DNA of 64,000 nt from Tubiluchus corallicola. Lineage: Eukaryota > Animalia > Priapulida. Shown here piece after piece: positions 13,044 through 24,665 of the stretch. Both the position numbers and the translations under genes were made by a program. The notes under the pieces are model-generated. The model was given only the letters and a program-made list of their open reading frames with translations. It was not told where the DNA came from and ran no database searches. The stretch spans positions 418,534 to 482,533 of the forward strand of contig JAQGDQ010000061.1 in assembly GCA_030141605.1 (NCBI GenBank), given 5' to 3'. The number at the start of each line of letters is the position of its first letter. The first letter of the stretch is position 1.

Positions 13044-16000
13044 AGTATACACTGCTGCCTGGAAATGTACTATTTTAGTTACTGACTTAAGAGCATGCAC
13101 AGCTGATTTTCAAAATTCTGTGTATATGGAAGCTCCAAAGGCTTATTGTCAAATTATCTGCTGAACTTTTTAGGGCAAGTACCGGTAAATGAAAAGTAAC
13201 TATATGTATGTTGAGCTAAGTTTACTTGGTGATAACAACATGGTGTTGCTTGATGAAGTAAAAAACGCTAAAACTTTATGCAACAAATTAATAATAATAA
13301 TTAAACGTAGAATATTACATTAAAGCTATGTACGCCACGGCCATGGATGCAATTACGCTTCTGTCTCAAACAGAATTTAGATTTTGTGCTGCAACAAAGC
13401 ATCATGGTCGAATTTAGCAGCAGCAAGCAAATAATCAACGATTGTTGAGGTGACAGAGTTACTGATAACCATAACAAATTACAGTCATTGATGGAATGTA
13501 CAAAATTATTATGGTTATTTTGTGGTCTGTAATGCGTGAGCTGTGAAGGTTCTTGTATTACACAACAATGAATTAATTTGTGGCTATTCATTGATAAAAA
13601 ATTTTCACGGCAGAGCTTGCTTATTATTCGGCTATTATTCATTGCCACTATTTTCTACTTACAGATAGACAAAGCTTGCTTATATAGACACAGTAGGAAC
13701 AGAATTGCAAATAGTAAGCAACAAAGCAATAATGACATTTTTTCTTTTATAGCAGCTATGTTAATTGGTTATAATGACACAACAAAGATAAAGGCAACGG
13801 AAACGAACCTCTAAGGGAAACGATAACGGTGAAAGTCAGACTAACAACAACAACAATAAATGAAAAAGCGATTAATAACACGCATACTTCAATTATATAA
13901 CCATTTTGTGTAAGTAATCTGTGTACACGTGTTGTAAGTAAATCGTTTTCACTCAAAACATGATTAATTTTATTCTTTAGAGTGCTTTTGTTTGATGTAA
14001 TTTATTCAAATATAAGTTTAAGCCCATTTGTCAATGTGACAAACAAGCTTTTCTAATAACAGTACTAATTAGCTTTGTATTTCTAAACTATTAGATTTTC
14101 GTGCAAACTGGAGAAATTTTCAAGCCCAGATAGTCAAGTCAATATTTATTCTCCTTAGCAGATGACACACTTCAGACCATATTTCTCGAGGCATTGTTTG
14201 TAACTTTCACTTAAAATGCAATGTTTCTATTATTTCCTCTGTTTTCTTTACTCGTCGGAATTCTCCACTTTTGTGTCTTGGACTTAACCGCCTAATTCTC
14301 AGATTTACTCTCTTTCTCTGTAGCGTGTTGACAGAAGTCTGTCTGGGTATCTTACGTCAGTTTACCTATATTTAATGTTTACCTGCTGTTGAAACGAAGA
14401 GTCTTGTAGACTTACCATAGTCGAGGGAGGAACATTTAAATCAAGTGTAACGGCGGTTACAATTGCTCAGCAGAGAAAGTGGAGCAGTAGCGTAGGAGAA
14501 TGTGAATGTTGTTGGCAGAGTGATGAGGAAATGTGTTTGATTACATAAATGATTCAACAAAGGTAGGAACATTTATGATTAGAGGCGACATTTATTGAAT
14601 TTAGTGAAACTTTCTCTTTTTTGACAGATTTAATTTTGATTTGATGTGAAAAAAGAATTATTGTTCAGTTTAGAAAGTGAACTTTATAAAAAAGCAAGTT
14701 AAAATTGACGACATCTTCTTGGAACAAATTATGAAATTCATTCGGCTACAGAAGCGTTGCAGTTATCGTGTGTTCTTCTCTTTCCGTTTCCGTGTCGAAT
14801 TTTCTTCATTTTGACTTCTCCTTTTCCCCTTTCCCTTTTTACTCACAAATAGATTTAACATGTTATAAATGACAGAAAAAAATACAAAAATTTTTTTCGT
14901 TACTTTTCAGCCGATTACGAAATTACGGTGGCCTATGTAATTCGTGCAGAATTAGTGCAAAATTCTGAAATTTAGTTATTGGAATTAGTCTAATCATATT
15001 TTTCTGGGAACAACTTTAGAAACATATACTAAGAATAAGTATGAAGAAAAATTTATTGCTAGGTCTCTGAGTATAAGTACCCTGACTTGTGTTCTAGTAA
15101 ATAAATTTATTAATTACATGGGTCATCAATGAAGTGTTACCATTCAGTCATAAATTATTGAGCTTTCGTAATTACTAACTGTCTCAGTCATGTCAGAATC
15201 GACTTTTGACATCGCAAATTGAGTACGCTTTATTTTCAACAAGAAAAATCCTGATCCCAACCTGTTTAAGGTTAGACTAGCTCAAGTACCGCCACAGTAA
15301 TACGGTTGAGCATATTTTAGTGCGTATGTATTCTCGGTTCAAAACTTGATTTTAGTTTACATTTTTATGGCTTTTTTTGCCGAAGCTTCTGCTTTTTTGT
15401 AAGTTTTTGGTTGGAGCGTATAGTCAATTAGACTGACATTTCAAGTGTGTTTCAACAGCAGCCAAATAGCATTGTTCTGGCTTTTGTTTTGCTTTGTCAT
15501 ATGACCCAGTGGACAATTCAGACGCAATACAGAGCAATCTTGGCCCGCTACAAACAAACAAAAGAAAGTTAAAAATAGAGATAATTATTTTAGTGTTTTG
15601 TAAAGAATGTTTAGCACTGTTGTTAAAGCATTTAAAACACACGCTTAATTAGCTATGTATAATTAATACAAAGATGCGTATGATTTTTGAGAAAGTAACG
15701 TGTGTTTATTAAAATTGTAATAACAATATTGCCCCCAAATTTTCTTTTGACAAAATAAGTTTTATATAACGCAGTGTGTCGTACGCAGGTTTCTAGACTA
15801 TTGGGCCGCAACCTCTTTAAAAAATCTCTATTAAGAAAATTGTTTTATAGCCATCAAAGCATTTGCGGCAACTATTCTCCACAGGTGTTCAGCAAGTTCT
15901 GGGAGGCTAGATATACATCGCAGTAAATAATTTATGTCTAATAAATAGCACTAACGTTTTCCTTTGTTTGCATCCAGAATCCAGAGCAACGAAATAAGAC

Positions 16001-16416
16001 AGTTTCTGTCTGGAATTATCAAGAAATGAAAAGAATTTAATATTTGCGTAGACACCGTTATTTTTCTTCAAGCTTTGAAAGAATTTCAAGAATTTCAGGA
16101 CTTACGTGTAAAGCTGTAACACGAAATAAATTGATAGAAAAATGTCCAACATGATATACAGCATGTGTTCGCGTGCGCTGTTTTCTTACAACTGTAGCCT
16201 TTATTTTCCTAACCTGATAAATGCATGAACACACAAAGAGGATAAAACATAATAATAAATCCCCTGACGAGCGCACCTTTGATTTTTCAACTGTCACTTT
16301 TTACGGTATTACCCACGAGGCAATTACAACCGCATTTCAACTCATTATATTTCGCTTGTAGGGATATGTGTGTCGAGCATCCATTCTTTGCTCTTTAATA
16401 CTCACTTAATGGTGAT

Positions 16417-16618
16417 TTAGCAGGTCGAAGTATTGAAAATAACAATGTGATTAAGTCCGTCAGATTTTGAAAGAAAGGGAAAAGGGGCATCCTCCTCTTA
16501 GCAGGTTGAAGTGTTGAAGCTATCAACGTGATTAAGTCCGTCAGATTTTGAAAGAAAGGGAAAAGGGACATCCTCCTCTTAGCAGGTTGAAGCGTTGAAA
16601 GTAACAATGTGGTTAAAT
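16417..16618. repeat. 81-bp tandem repeat, about 2.5 copies
   Basis: ttagcagg starts at 16417, 16498 and 16579 (period 81); shared gtgattaagtccgtcagattttgaaagaaagggaaaaggg. Confidence 0.92.
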
Positions 16619-16730
16619 ACGACTGGGTCAGCGTCAAAATCTTTTTAAGCATTGAGAGAATTTAGACAAAAAAACAACAACCTGAAGTTGTCACTCATTC
16701 GAAAGGGACGATAAGTATGCCACAACTAAC

Positions 16731-16973
16731 AAAACGCAGATCAGTGGTAGCGCCATCTTTTCTGCACTTTATTCTATACACTCTAAGGTTTCGTAATTGA
16801 CGTGAATGTTTCCCTAGTCAATTTAGAAACCTCTTCCTGTTGACAAGGCACAGGCGACCCACGCTCTTTCTATGTAATTACCCTGCTTTCCTAAAGCGCT
16901 CAATTACTTGTAAACGTCGAATGTATCACATAAAAGTAATCAGATGGGGCAAATTGTGCCTGAAGGGATTGAA

Positions 16974-17052
<79 letters not shown>

Positions 17053-17640
17053 GTGTGTGTGTGTGTGTGTGTGCGTGTGTGTGTTGTGCGTGCGTGCGTG
17101 CGTGCACTTTCCATTTGGCACTGCAATTGCCATACATAAATGTACAGTTTCGTATATACTAGGACGTCGTCATGGCTGCCTACGTCCAGCGCTGCATTTC
17201 TGTTTGAGGCTCTATTATGCTTTATGCTAAAAGATTATAAATTCCTTAGTTAAAAAATGCTGAACAGCATTTTCCTTGACAGTTGTTTAAAAGTCGTAAA
17301 TGAGCGATTTTGTCTTATCTCTCACACACAGCATATTTAAATGAACCTGTTTCTTCTTGATTTTTTTTTATTTTCTGCGTCCAGGTCTTTTAAAACGCAG
17401 TTCAGCAGTAACACCATCTTTTCTACACTTTATTTTATACACTCTAAGTTTTCGTAATTGACGTGAATGTTTCCCTAGTCAATTTAGAAACTTCTCTTCC
17501 TGTTGACAAGGCACAGGAGACCCACGCTCTTTCTATGTAATTACCCTGCTTTCCTAAAGCGCTCAATTACTTGTAAACGTCGAATGTATCACATAAAAGT
17601 AATCAGATGGGGCAAATTGTGCCTGAAGGGATTGAAATAA

Positions 17641-17730
<90 letters not shown>

Positions 17731-17965
17731 TGCACTTTCCATTTCGAACTTTCCAATTGCCATACATAAATGTGCCGTTTCTTATATACTAGGACGTCGT
17801 CATGGCTGCCTAAGTCCAGCGCTGCATTTCTGTTTGAGGTTGTTTTTTCCTTGACAGTTGTTTAAAAGTCGTAATTGAGCGATTTTGTCTTATCTCTCAC
17901 ACTCAGCATATTTAAATGAGCCTGTTTCTTCTTGATTTTTTTATTTTCTGCGTGCATGTCTCTTA
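16731..17965. repeat. Tandem duplication of an approximately 660-bp unit containing (CT)n(GT)n(GCGT)n
   Basis: 16731-17390 and 17392-17965 are near-identical. Microsatellite lengths differ and copy 2 lacks about 55-60 bp. Confidence 0.95.
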
Positions 17966-18233
17966 AAGAGTTTACGCAGTAAGGAAATAAAGAAAAATGA
18001 AATTGCGGTGCTTCACTTGCTTACATTAATCAATGGTATTTTTTATTAACGCATTAATTTTGATTTCAAGTTTAGTTTTCAATCTTTGTTGTTTCATCGT
18101 TTTATTGTACATCAGTCCTTGTTTTTGATTACGAATATTGTTTTTCGTCCAAATCGTCAACACTGTGTTCATCTTTATCACGAGCATCACGGCATTCATT
18201 ATTGTTTTTTATTTTTTAGATTAGAGTTTAAAA

Positions 18234-19603
18234 ATGATCACCTTTCGGAGAGTCGTTTTATTGGATCTGCTACTGTGGTTTGGCCTTGTAACTTCGCAGA
18301 GTCCGAACCATCAGGGATATTTATTAGATTACCTAGATCGACCTGCATATTCCTCAAATTCCAAGGCAGATAGTGATAGTTTTGCTTTTCTGAGTGCAAA
18401 TGACAACGACAACGAAGTGCAATTGTCAAGAGATGAACAAATTTATAATCAAGAAACTGTCTCAGTACGTCAACAAATACCAGAGCAAGCTGATCAAAAT
18501 GACTTATATAACGTCCAGAAAGTGGAGTCATCAGAATTTCAGCCAAGGAGAAAAGTAGTAACAACTGATGGCGGAACTAGGTCTGGTTTTCAACAAGTTT
18601 TAGTCCGTGATGTGACCACCACCAGGAATCAGTACCAAACTTCCAGACATGTTACGCAGCCATCAAAACAATTGGAGTTGACGAAACGTCAAACAGGTTA
18701 CTCTGGGATGTTAAATTCGCGAGAGCAAGATGCTATTACTAATCCCAGAGCGGCAAAGACTTCATTTAAGCTGATGTCATCATCTGGTCGTGTTACATCA
18801 AGGATACCCTCTCGTCTTCAACAGCGCCAAACCAATGAGAAAAGTGTTCAGCGTAGTTCTCCAGGTGTGACTTATTGGTCTCGTCCTGATGTTGTCAGTA
18901 AAACGCTTCGAACTAGCAGTGATTCTGGAAATTTGCAAAATTACAGGCAACCACAGCCTAGGATAAGTAATGGATATCCACACCAAGTTTCGAGCGGAGC
19001 AACATCAAGAAATCATGTTCACTCTCCTCCATCTTATAGCAAAGCTCTGCTCACTGTACCAAATGCGCAAAGTTACGGTAGACAAATCAGGAACACCAAG
19101 TCATCAAGGAATGGCAACACTGCAAGTTCATTCTCTGCGGTGTATGGAAGCCTGGGAGTTCCGATATCTTCTAAAAATGACAAAAGATCTTTTTCATCTT
19201 CTTATGGCAGTGTTGCCGTTCCTTTATCTTCAGGCAAACAACAGGTTTCCTCATTACCAATGCGTGTGTATGCTTCAAAGTCTTCTTCTTCTTCATCAAG
19301 TTCTTTTGAACGAAGACGTCCACAGACTAGGGACACTCAACGTCCTAGGTCTACTGTAAGATCAATTCCAAACGTCCGTAACTTGCGTCCTACTTATAGG
19401 AATACGGCTACACCTTCGCCTAACGTCTTCCTTACGTCAACGTATGGGCCTGTTAGTGTAGGTCATCTTCAAGGTAGTGGTAAACGATCGAGCAGCGTAA
19501 GTTTTGACCGGCAGGGGGCGTCTAGTGGTGTGCTTTATGCTCGCGATGATGGCGAAGCTGCAGAAAGAGCAGCAAAGACGAGAGGATACGAATACAAATA
19601 CAG
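18234..19603 (+). CDS. Secreted Ser/Arg/Gln-rich, cysteine-free protein of unknown function, coding exon 1
   Basis: 457-codon non-repetitive ORF with an AAAATG start preceded by a polypyrimidine acceptor (AG at 18218-18219). Signal-peptide-like N-terminus MITFRRVVLLDLLLWFGLVTS|Q. The ORF stop TGA lies inside a perfect donor CAG|GTGAGT at 19603/19604. Confidence 0.88.
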
Positions 19604-19974
19604 GTGAGTACGAAATCATGTCGCAGTAAAAAATCATTAATATGCAAAAGCAGCTGAGTACAAAAGCCTAATGCAGCGTAATAGGAGCAGCGACCACGTA
19701 TATCTGGTCATTACTGTATTCACTGAGTTTTCTTTTGTGATGTGCAGTTACCTAGTTACCTGCTAATCTGCTTCCAAAAAACAGCTTCTTCGCCCATCTG
19801 ATTCGTGTTTAGAGGAAATAACTATGAGGAAAAGCCGTTATTTTAGTTAAATTTATGTATTAATGTGTTATCGGGCTAACGTCATTATTCACACTCTCAA
19901 TTTGAAGATTATTATTAACTATGGAATGGATCCACAATTACCAAATTTTGAAACCAAGGGGTTGTCCTGAAAGA

Positions 19975-20395
19975 AAGGAAATGTGAAAAAATCGGTACAG
20001 AGCCTGTATTTGAACTAGAGACTTTTCCCTTACGTCATGAGTGTTAGACTTCTGTATGCCAGCGAGTCCTAATTTAATCCTTATAGCTGATAAAATAACT
20101 CAGCACTTCGTTTTTCAGTAATTAGTATAGTATTTACTCTAGCGTTAGCCAATTAGGATTCGTCGTGATCACTGAGACACAGTTGTCTAGCAGTCATGGT
20201 TTCGCCTTGTAAGGGGAAATCCCTGGTTCAATTACTGTCAGTGTCCCGGCTTTTTCAGCTTTTTTCTTTTTTGGACAGTTTGGTTTTAAAATTTAATCAC
20301 TGTGGACCGATTCCGTCATGGTAACTGGCACGCGTTCGGTTTCGAATCTAAGCCCTTTTCCGCACACGTCGTTTTCGAGTGCTTTCGAGTACTGT
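19975..20395. repeat. Cluster of three degenerate tRNA-like units (-, +, -)
   Basis: B-box-like motifs: agttcaaat (minus, about 20010), ggttcaattac (plus, 20225) and gattcgaaacc (minus, about 20340). Their tails match units at 47762-47925. Confidence 0.5.
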
Positions 20396-22226
20396 CAGAT
20401 GTGCTTCGTAACTGACATCATTCTGCTCTCTCAGTCTACTACTCTCTTGTCCATGTAAGAACGAAATTAACACAATGAATAAGCGTCATCTTGAGAGGTT
20501 ATTACTTCTCCCGCTGGCATATACTAATTTGCTTCTGCCAGGGCAGTATTACACTTATTACTCCTTTCATAATCGATCTGTCTCATGAGTTTTGTATTAC
20601 TGTTTCATGATGGGATGGAAAGAAAGCTATTTATCACTAGGATTTTACTGCGTTGACGCCCCATCGATAGTAACAAATTTATATTGAAGGGAAATGAATT
20701 TAAGAGGCCCTGATAGGGCTGCACTTACAGTAGTCAACGATAATGCGGTTCACTTTAGTGACCACAGTGACCGCGCATAATCCACTCCACGTCTAGGGTC
20801 AGCAAGCGTGTCTTAAAACGGACAGCGATGCTATAAAAGCATAATTTGAACTAAAATCATTTTATAAAGTTTTGATATGCCCACCAAACATTTTAATAGC
20901 ATTTGTTTTTCATCGTCCATCGTGACAATTTCATAAAATTAATTGTAAAAACGAACCGGTTTTATTGGGCAGGGAGACGATTGTTGCTTTTTATGATCGT
21001 TACAAAAATCATAACATTAAATCAATTTAGTTTAAATAGTTATAGTTTTGCAGTAAAAGCTTGTTAGTTATTTATTTTCGAAATTTTTTTGTTGTCGCAT
21101 GAATCCTTTTATACGTTATTATATAATGTGTTTTGCGATCAAAAAGCATCAAGCAAAAAGCATCAAGCTTAAGTCATATACCTGCAACACAAGAATACGA
21201 CACATATTTGATTGACTCATTCGTGACCTGCTCATAATGCTATACACCTATAGACATAATCACTGTGATCCTAATTGCTCTATCATTCGCAGCTTTTGTT
21301 CACTTCTGATACCATGCTTATTTTGCTACTTACAGACGCTATTGTGAATCCTGGATAGCAGGGTTTTAGCAAAATTACTTGGAAGAAAAGGATTTTTTTA
21401 GGTAAACACACATTTCCCCCATGATGTAGGTGTTGTTTTAAACAAACAGTAATTTTCGCATGTGTGAACTGTATCTCATAGAAAAAAGGCTAGGGAGAAG
21501 TATTCTTGAAACGGCTTAATAGCCATCGCTACTTGTGATTTCTACAAATCTACCGATGCGTATAATGTCACGCGCAGACGCATTTATGATTAATAAAATG
21601 CAAGGGGCTCCAATCTACATTCCATTCTCACAGTTGAAATATCGTCTCAGCTAGTCAATTATACATACTGCTAACATATTTTGTGACTCTTGGGCGTCAC
21701 ACTTGAAAAAAACAACTGAAAAAACTTTTGTCATTGGTCATTGATACATTATAATATATAATCAGCAAACACAATTTTTGCGCAGTGCATATGAAACATA
21801 AAACGCATGTTAATGAATATACCGAACTGCAGGCGATACCTCACCGACAAGGGCTAAAACTACCCAGGTTGGTTCGGTACCAGCAGATGCGCGGGCCAAG
21901 CAGTCTATAACTCTTCTGACATCCATCCACGAAATAACAGAATGATTTGCCAGAAAAAACGAGACCTTTATTGGCAAATTACACGAAGTAGATTCAAAAA
22001 TAATGAAGAAATAGATTTCACACCCGTCGTGGATTAATCTAATTGGACCAGTAAAAAAGTAGAGAAGATTGCTTTTATACAGGCAGATGCATAACTTGAC
22101 TTCAACAGAAACTTACATTTAGCGTGAAAGGGGTGTTCAGAACAATATTTTTCTCGATTATGTAATTTCTTTAAACAATAATCGCAAATGGGTATGTTTT
22201 ATTATTGTTTCGTTTTTATGTTTCAG

Positions 22227-22308
22227 TGAAGGACATAGATTTGAACAACCCCGGATGCTCTACCGATACTCTGTAGAAGAACCGATTTGGGGATATCCTG
22301 CGAAATGA
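22227..22308 (+). CDS. Secreted Ser/Arg-rich protein, probable terminal coding exon
   Basis: Strong acceptor ttttatgtttcag|. The phase-2 join gives ...GYEYKY-S-EGHRFEQPRMLYRYSVEEPIWGYPAK-stop (TGA 22306-22308), with AATAAA at 22455-22460. Total about 483 aa. Confidence 0.62.
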
Positions 22309-23440
22309 GCTCGAGAACGCCCAGTTATGTAAAGCTTTCTTCTTCTTTTCCTCCCCTTCCTCCTCCTTCTCCTCTTCTTCATTTTCTTATTGTCTGATAC
22401 AGATATGGTGTTGTCATAGTGGACAGGTTGTTCACTGTGTTAACTGTGACCGAGAATAAATCAAACGTGAATTTTATTGTTTCAATGTGGTTTTTTTACT
22501 TTTTTCATGATAACGAGAGCAAGAACAACACCATGGCCAAACAGATCTCTTTATTAATTACATTGCATGCGTGTATATTGACAACCACGTTAGCAGCAAC
22601 AGCTAGAGCAACACAAACAATGACTAAAGACGGTAATCACGAGCTCGACGACAAGAAAAAACTACCAATTAAATGTAACAAGTTTTCAAAATTAGTGCAT
22701 TTATTAATTCTATTGTTAAATTCTAGCAAAACGTTGTTTGCACGCGTGGCGTTGTGCGTGTGTCCAGTTGCCACCAGAGAGATCTGCCAAATATTCACTC
22801 AACGGTATCTTTTTAGCTGGCAAATGTATAATTAAACTTCAACAATTCTTCATGCAGAATGTTATAAGTATAAAAAAATTATCAAAGCGAGAAGAAATAA
22901 AGGCTGGAACGCCTGTTTTAGGCGATACTAATACATCAGCTTAGTATACATTAACTGCTGATTAAGCTGCATAATGCAAGACAATGTAATGGTTTATACA
23001 TGTGCAAACCATCATGCGCACATAAATCTCTAGATCAACTTTTCAAAACTTGACATAATCATCCTCTAGAGCAGAACAAGCGACATTACCAGCTCTCAGG
23101 GAAAAAGCTTTTATTATATTACTTGCTAACTGATGTAAGTGATGTTCCAGTAGTATACCGAATGATAGCTCAATGATTATTTTATGTTCACGAGAGGCTT
23201 TAACGCCGAGAGACTTGAACGGAGATATAGGGAAATTTATTCCGCACAAAGGCTCCTCTACCAGTAATGAAAAATGTCTTTTCGTTTAACAACGAAGCTA
23301 ATATAATAACAAATTTGTACTTTTAACTTTATAGGTTGTTTTGAAGGCATGTATCTTCGGTATTTACATGATTTTTCATAAATCTGTTACTGATGCAGGC
23401 CATTTGAAACCAGGTACACGTTAAGAAATTATGGTGAGCG

Positions 23441-24450
23441 ATAAAATGGCATAGAAAAAAATGACACGGTATAAATGGCATAGGAAAAAATGGCGCAGGA
23501 AAAATGGCACATGTAAAAATAGCACATGTAAAAATAGCACAAATGGACAAGTAATGAAAATGACACATGTGTTATTTTTATGCAATTGATGTCTATAATA
23601 AAACCAGAATGCGCTCAGAGGAAGCAGATCTCTGCCAAGGCAGGAACAATCCTAAACTTATTCGTCTCACTATTTTGATTAAAAAAATTAACACAAAGAT
23701 AAACAAGCAAACATACAAAAATGTACCTGTATTGGTATTATATGGACTAGCAGAAAACTCACAAAATATTTGCTCATTAAATAGATTTATGATCTATAAT
23801 GCACGAATATTCCACATAGTGTTTAACTACCTTTTTAGCCATTAATTTTGGTGATGGTAATAGACTGACAAATATGTACGTACCAACTCATCTTATAAGG
23901 CTACATACATTAATAAACAAAGGTTATACAGCGTTACACAGTTTTGCAAGCGAGAATTTCACGAAATGAAATTGGAACCAACTCGTGGTTGTTTGTCCAG
24001 ATGGAGATAACAGAAAATAAGTACTTAACACTCCCTCTGAGACCTCCACGAAGTGTTTTACGAATGTTTTTTGTACGTGGTGTTTGGTCAAGTTTTGCGA
24101 AAAAAAAGAACCAGCAAAGAGATTCCCAATTTGGCACTCCAAACCGCCTTTCTTCGCAAGGTTCTTGGAAATCTGTTAGAAGGTTTTTGCGTGATAGGCT
24201 GACTGCCTTAACAGACAAAAAAACCAAACAAATACACAAATAAACAAACTGTGTTTTAGCATAACTTCCTTGGCAGACGTAAAAATAACTAAAATAACTA
24301 TCCCCCACTGTAACCCTAACCCTAAACACATATTTTACTAAGTGTGCCATTTTTTCCTGTGCCATTTTACCTACTTTTCCATTTGTGCCATTTTTCTTGT
24401 GCTATTTTTTTCCTGTGCCATTTTGCCGTCATCTTCCTGTGCCATTTTAC
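23441..24450. mobile_element. Foldback-type element with internally repetitive inverted arms (aaaaatggcaca repeats)
   Basis: Repeated aaaaatggcac/aaaaatagcac at 23441-23570 and the reverse complement gtgccatttt repeats at 24341-24450; taaccctaaccctaa at about 24310. Confidence 0.75.
23600..24286. mobile_element. Helentron-associated (HINE-like) non-autonomous element nested in the foldback element
   Basis: Subterminal 10-bp inverted repeats tctgccaagg (23631-23640) and ccttggcaga (24268-24277), asymmetrically placed, with A-rich flanks and a short (acaa)-rich tract near one end. Confidence 0.55.
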
Positions 24451-24590
24451 ATTCAGAAATTAAATCGAAAAAATATCGTAATTATTAAGGCTAGCACTTT
24501 CACTTTGAGCTAGCTAAAAAATAAAGTTAACACCTAAAATTTGTTGACACTATTGATCCTTGAGGTAACCCGAGACGCTATTGTATCTAA

Positions 24591-24665
24591 GGTCCTATTT
24601 ACACTGCGAACGTTTGACGCATGAGTCAGACACATGCGTCAAAAACGGACCTTGTAAATAGGCCC
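24591..24665. mobile_element. 75-bp hairpin MITE, PIF/Harbinger (Tourist)-like, TAA target duplication
   Basis: taa|ggtcctatttaca...tttgacgcatg...catgcgtcaaa...tgtaaataggccc|taa. Confidence 0.75.

Noticed and set aside
16417-16618. CRISPR-like repeat-spacer appearance
   Set aside because: The intervening segments are themselves homologous, so it is a plain tandem repeat; eukaryotic context and no cas genes.
21336-21401. Possible internal exon of the secreted protein gene (ttacag|...|gtaaac)
   Set aside because: Stops in all three frames; it could only be an alternative terminal or poison exon, with no further support.
22419-22835. 138-aa ORF with an internal signal-peptide-like stretch (MAKQISLLITLHACILTTTLAA)
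   Set aside because: Lies just past the polyA signal of the upstream gene, with no convincing splice sites or domain; cannot be supported without expression data.
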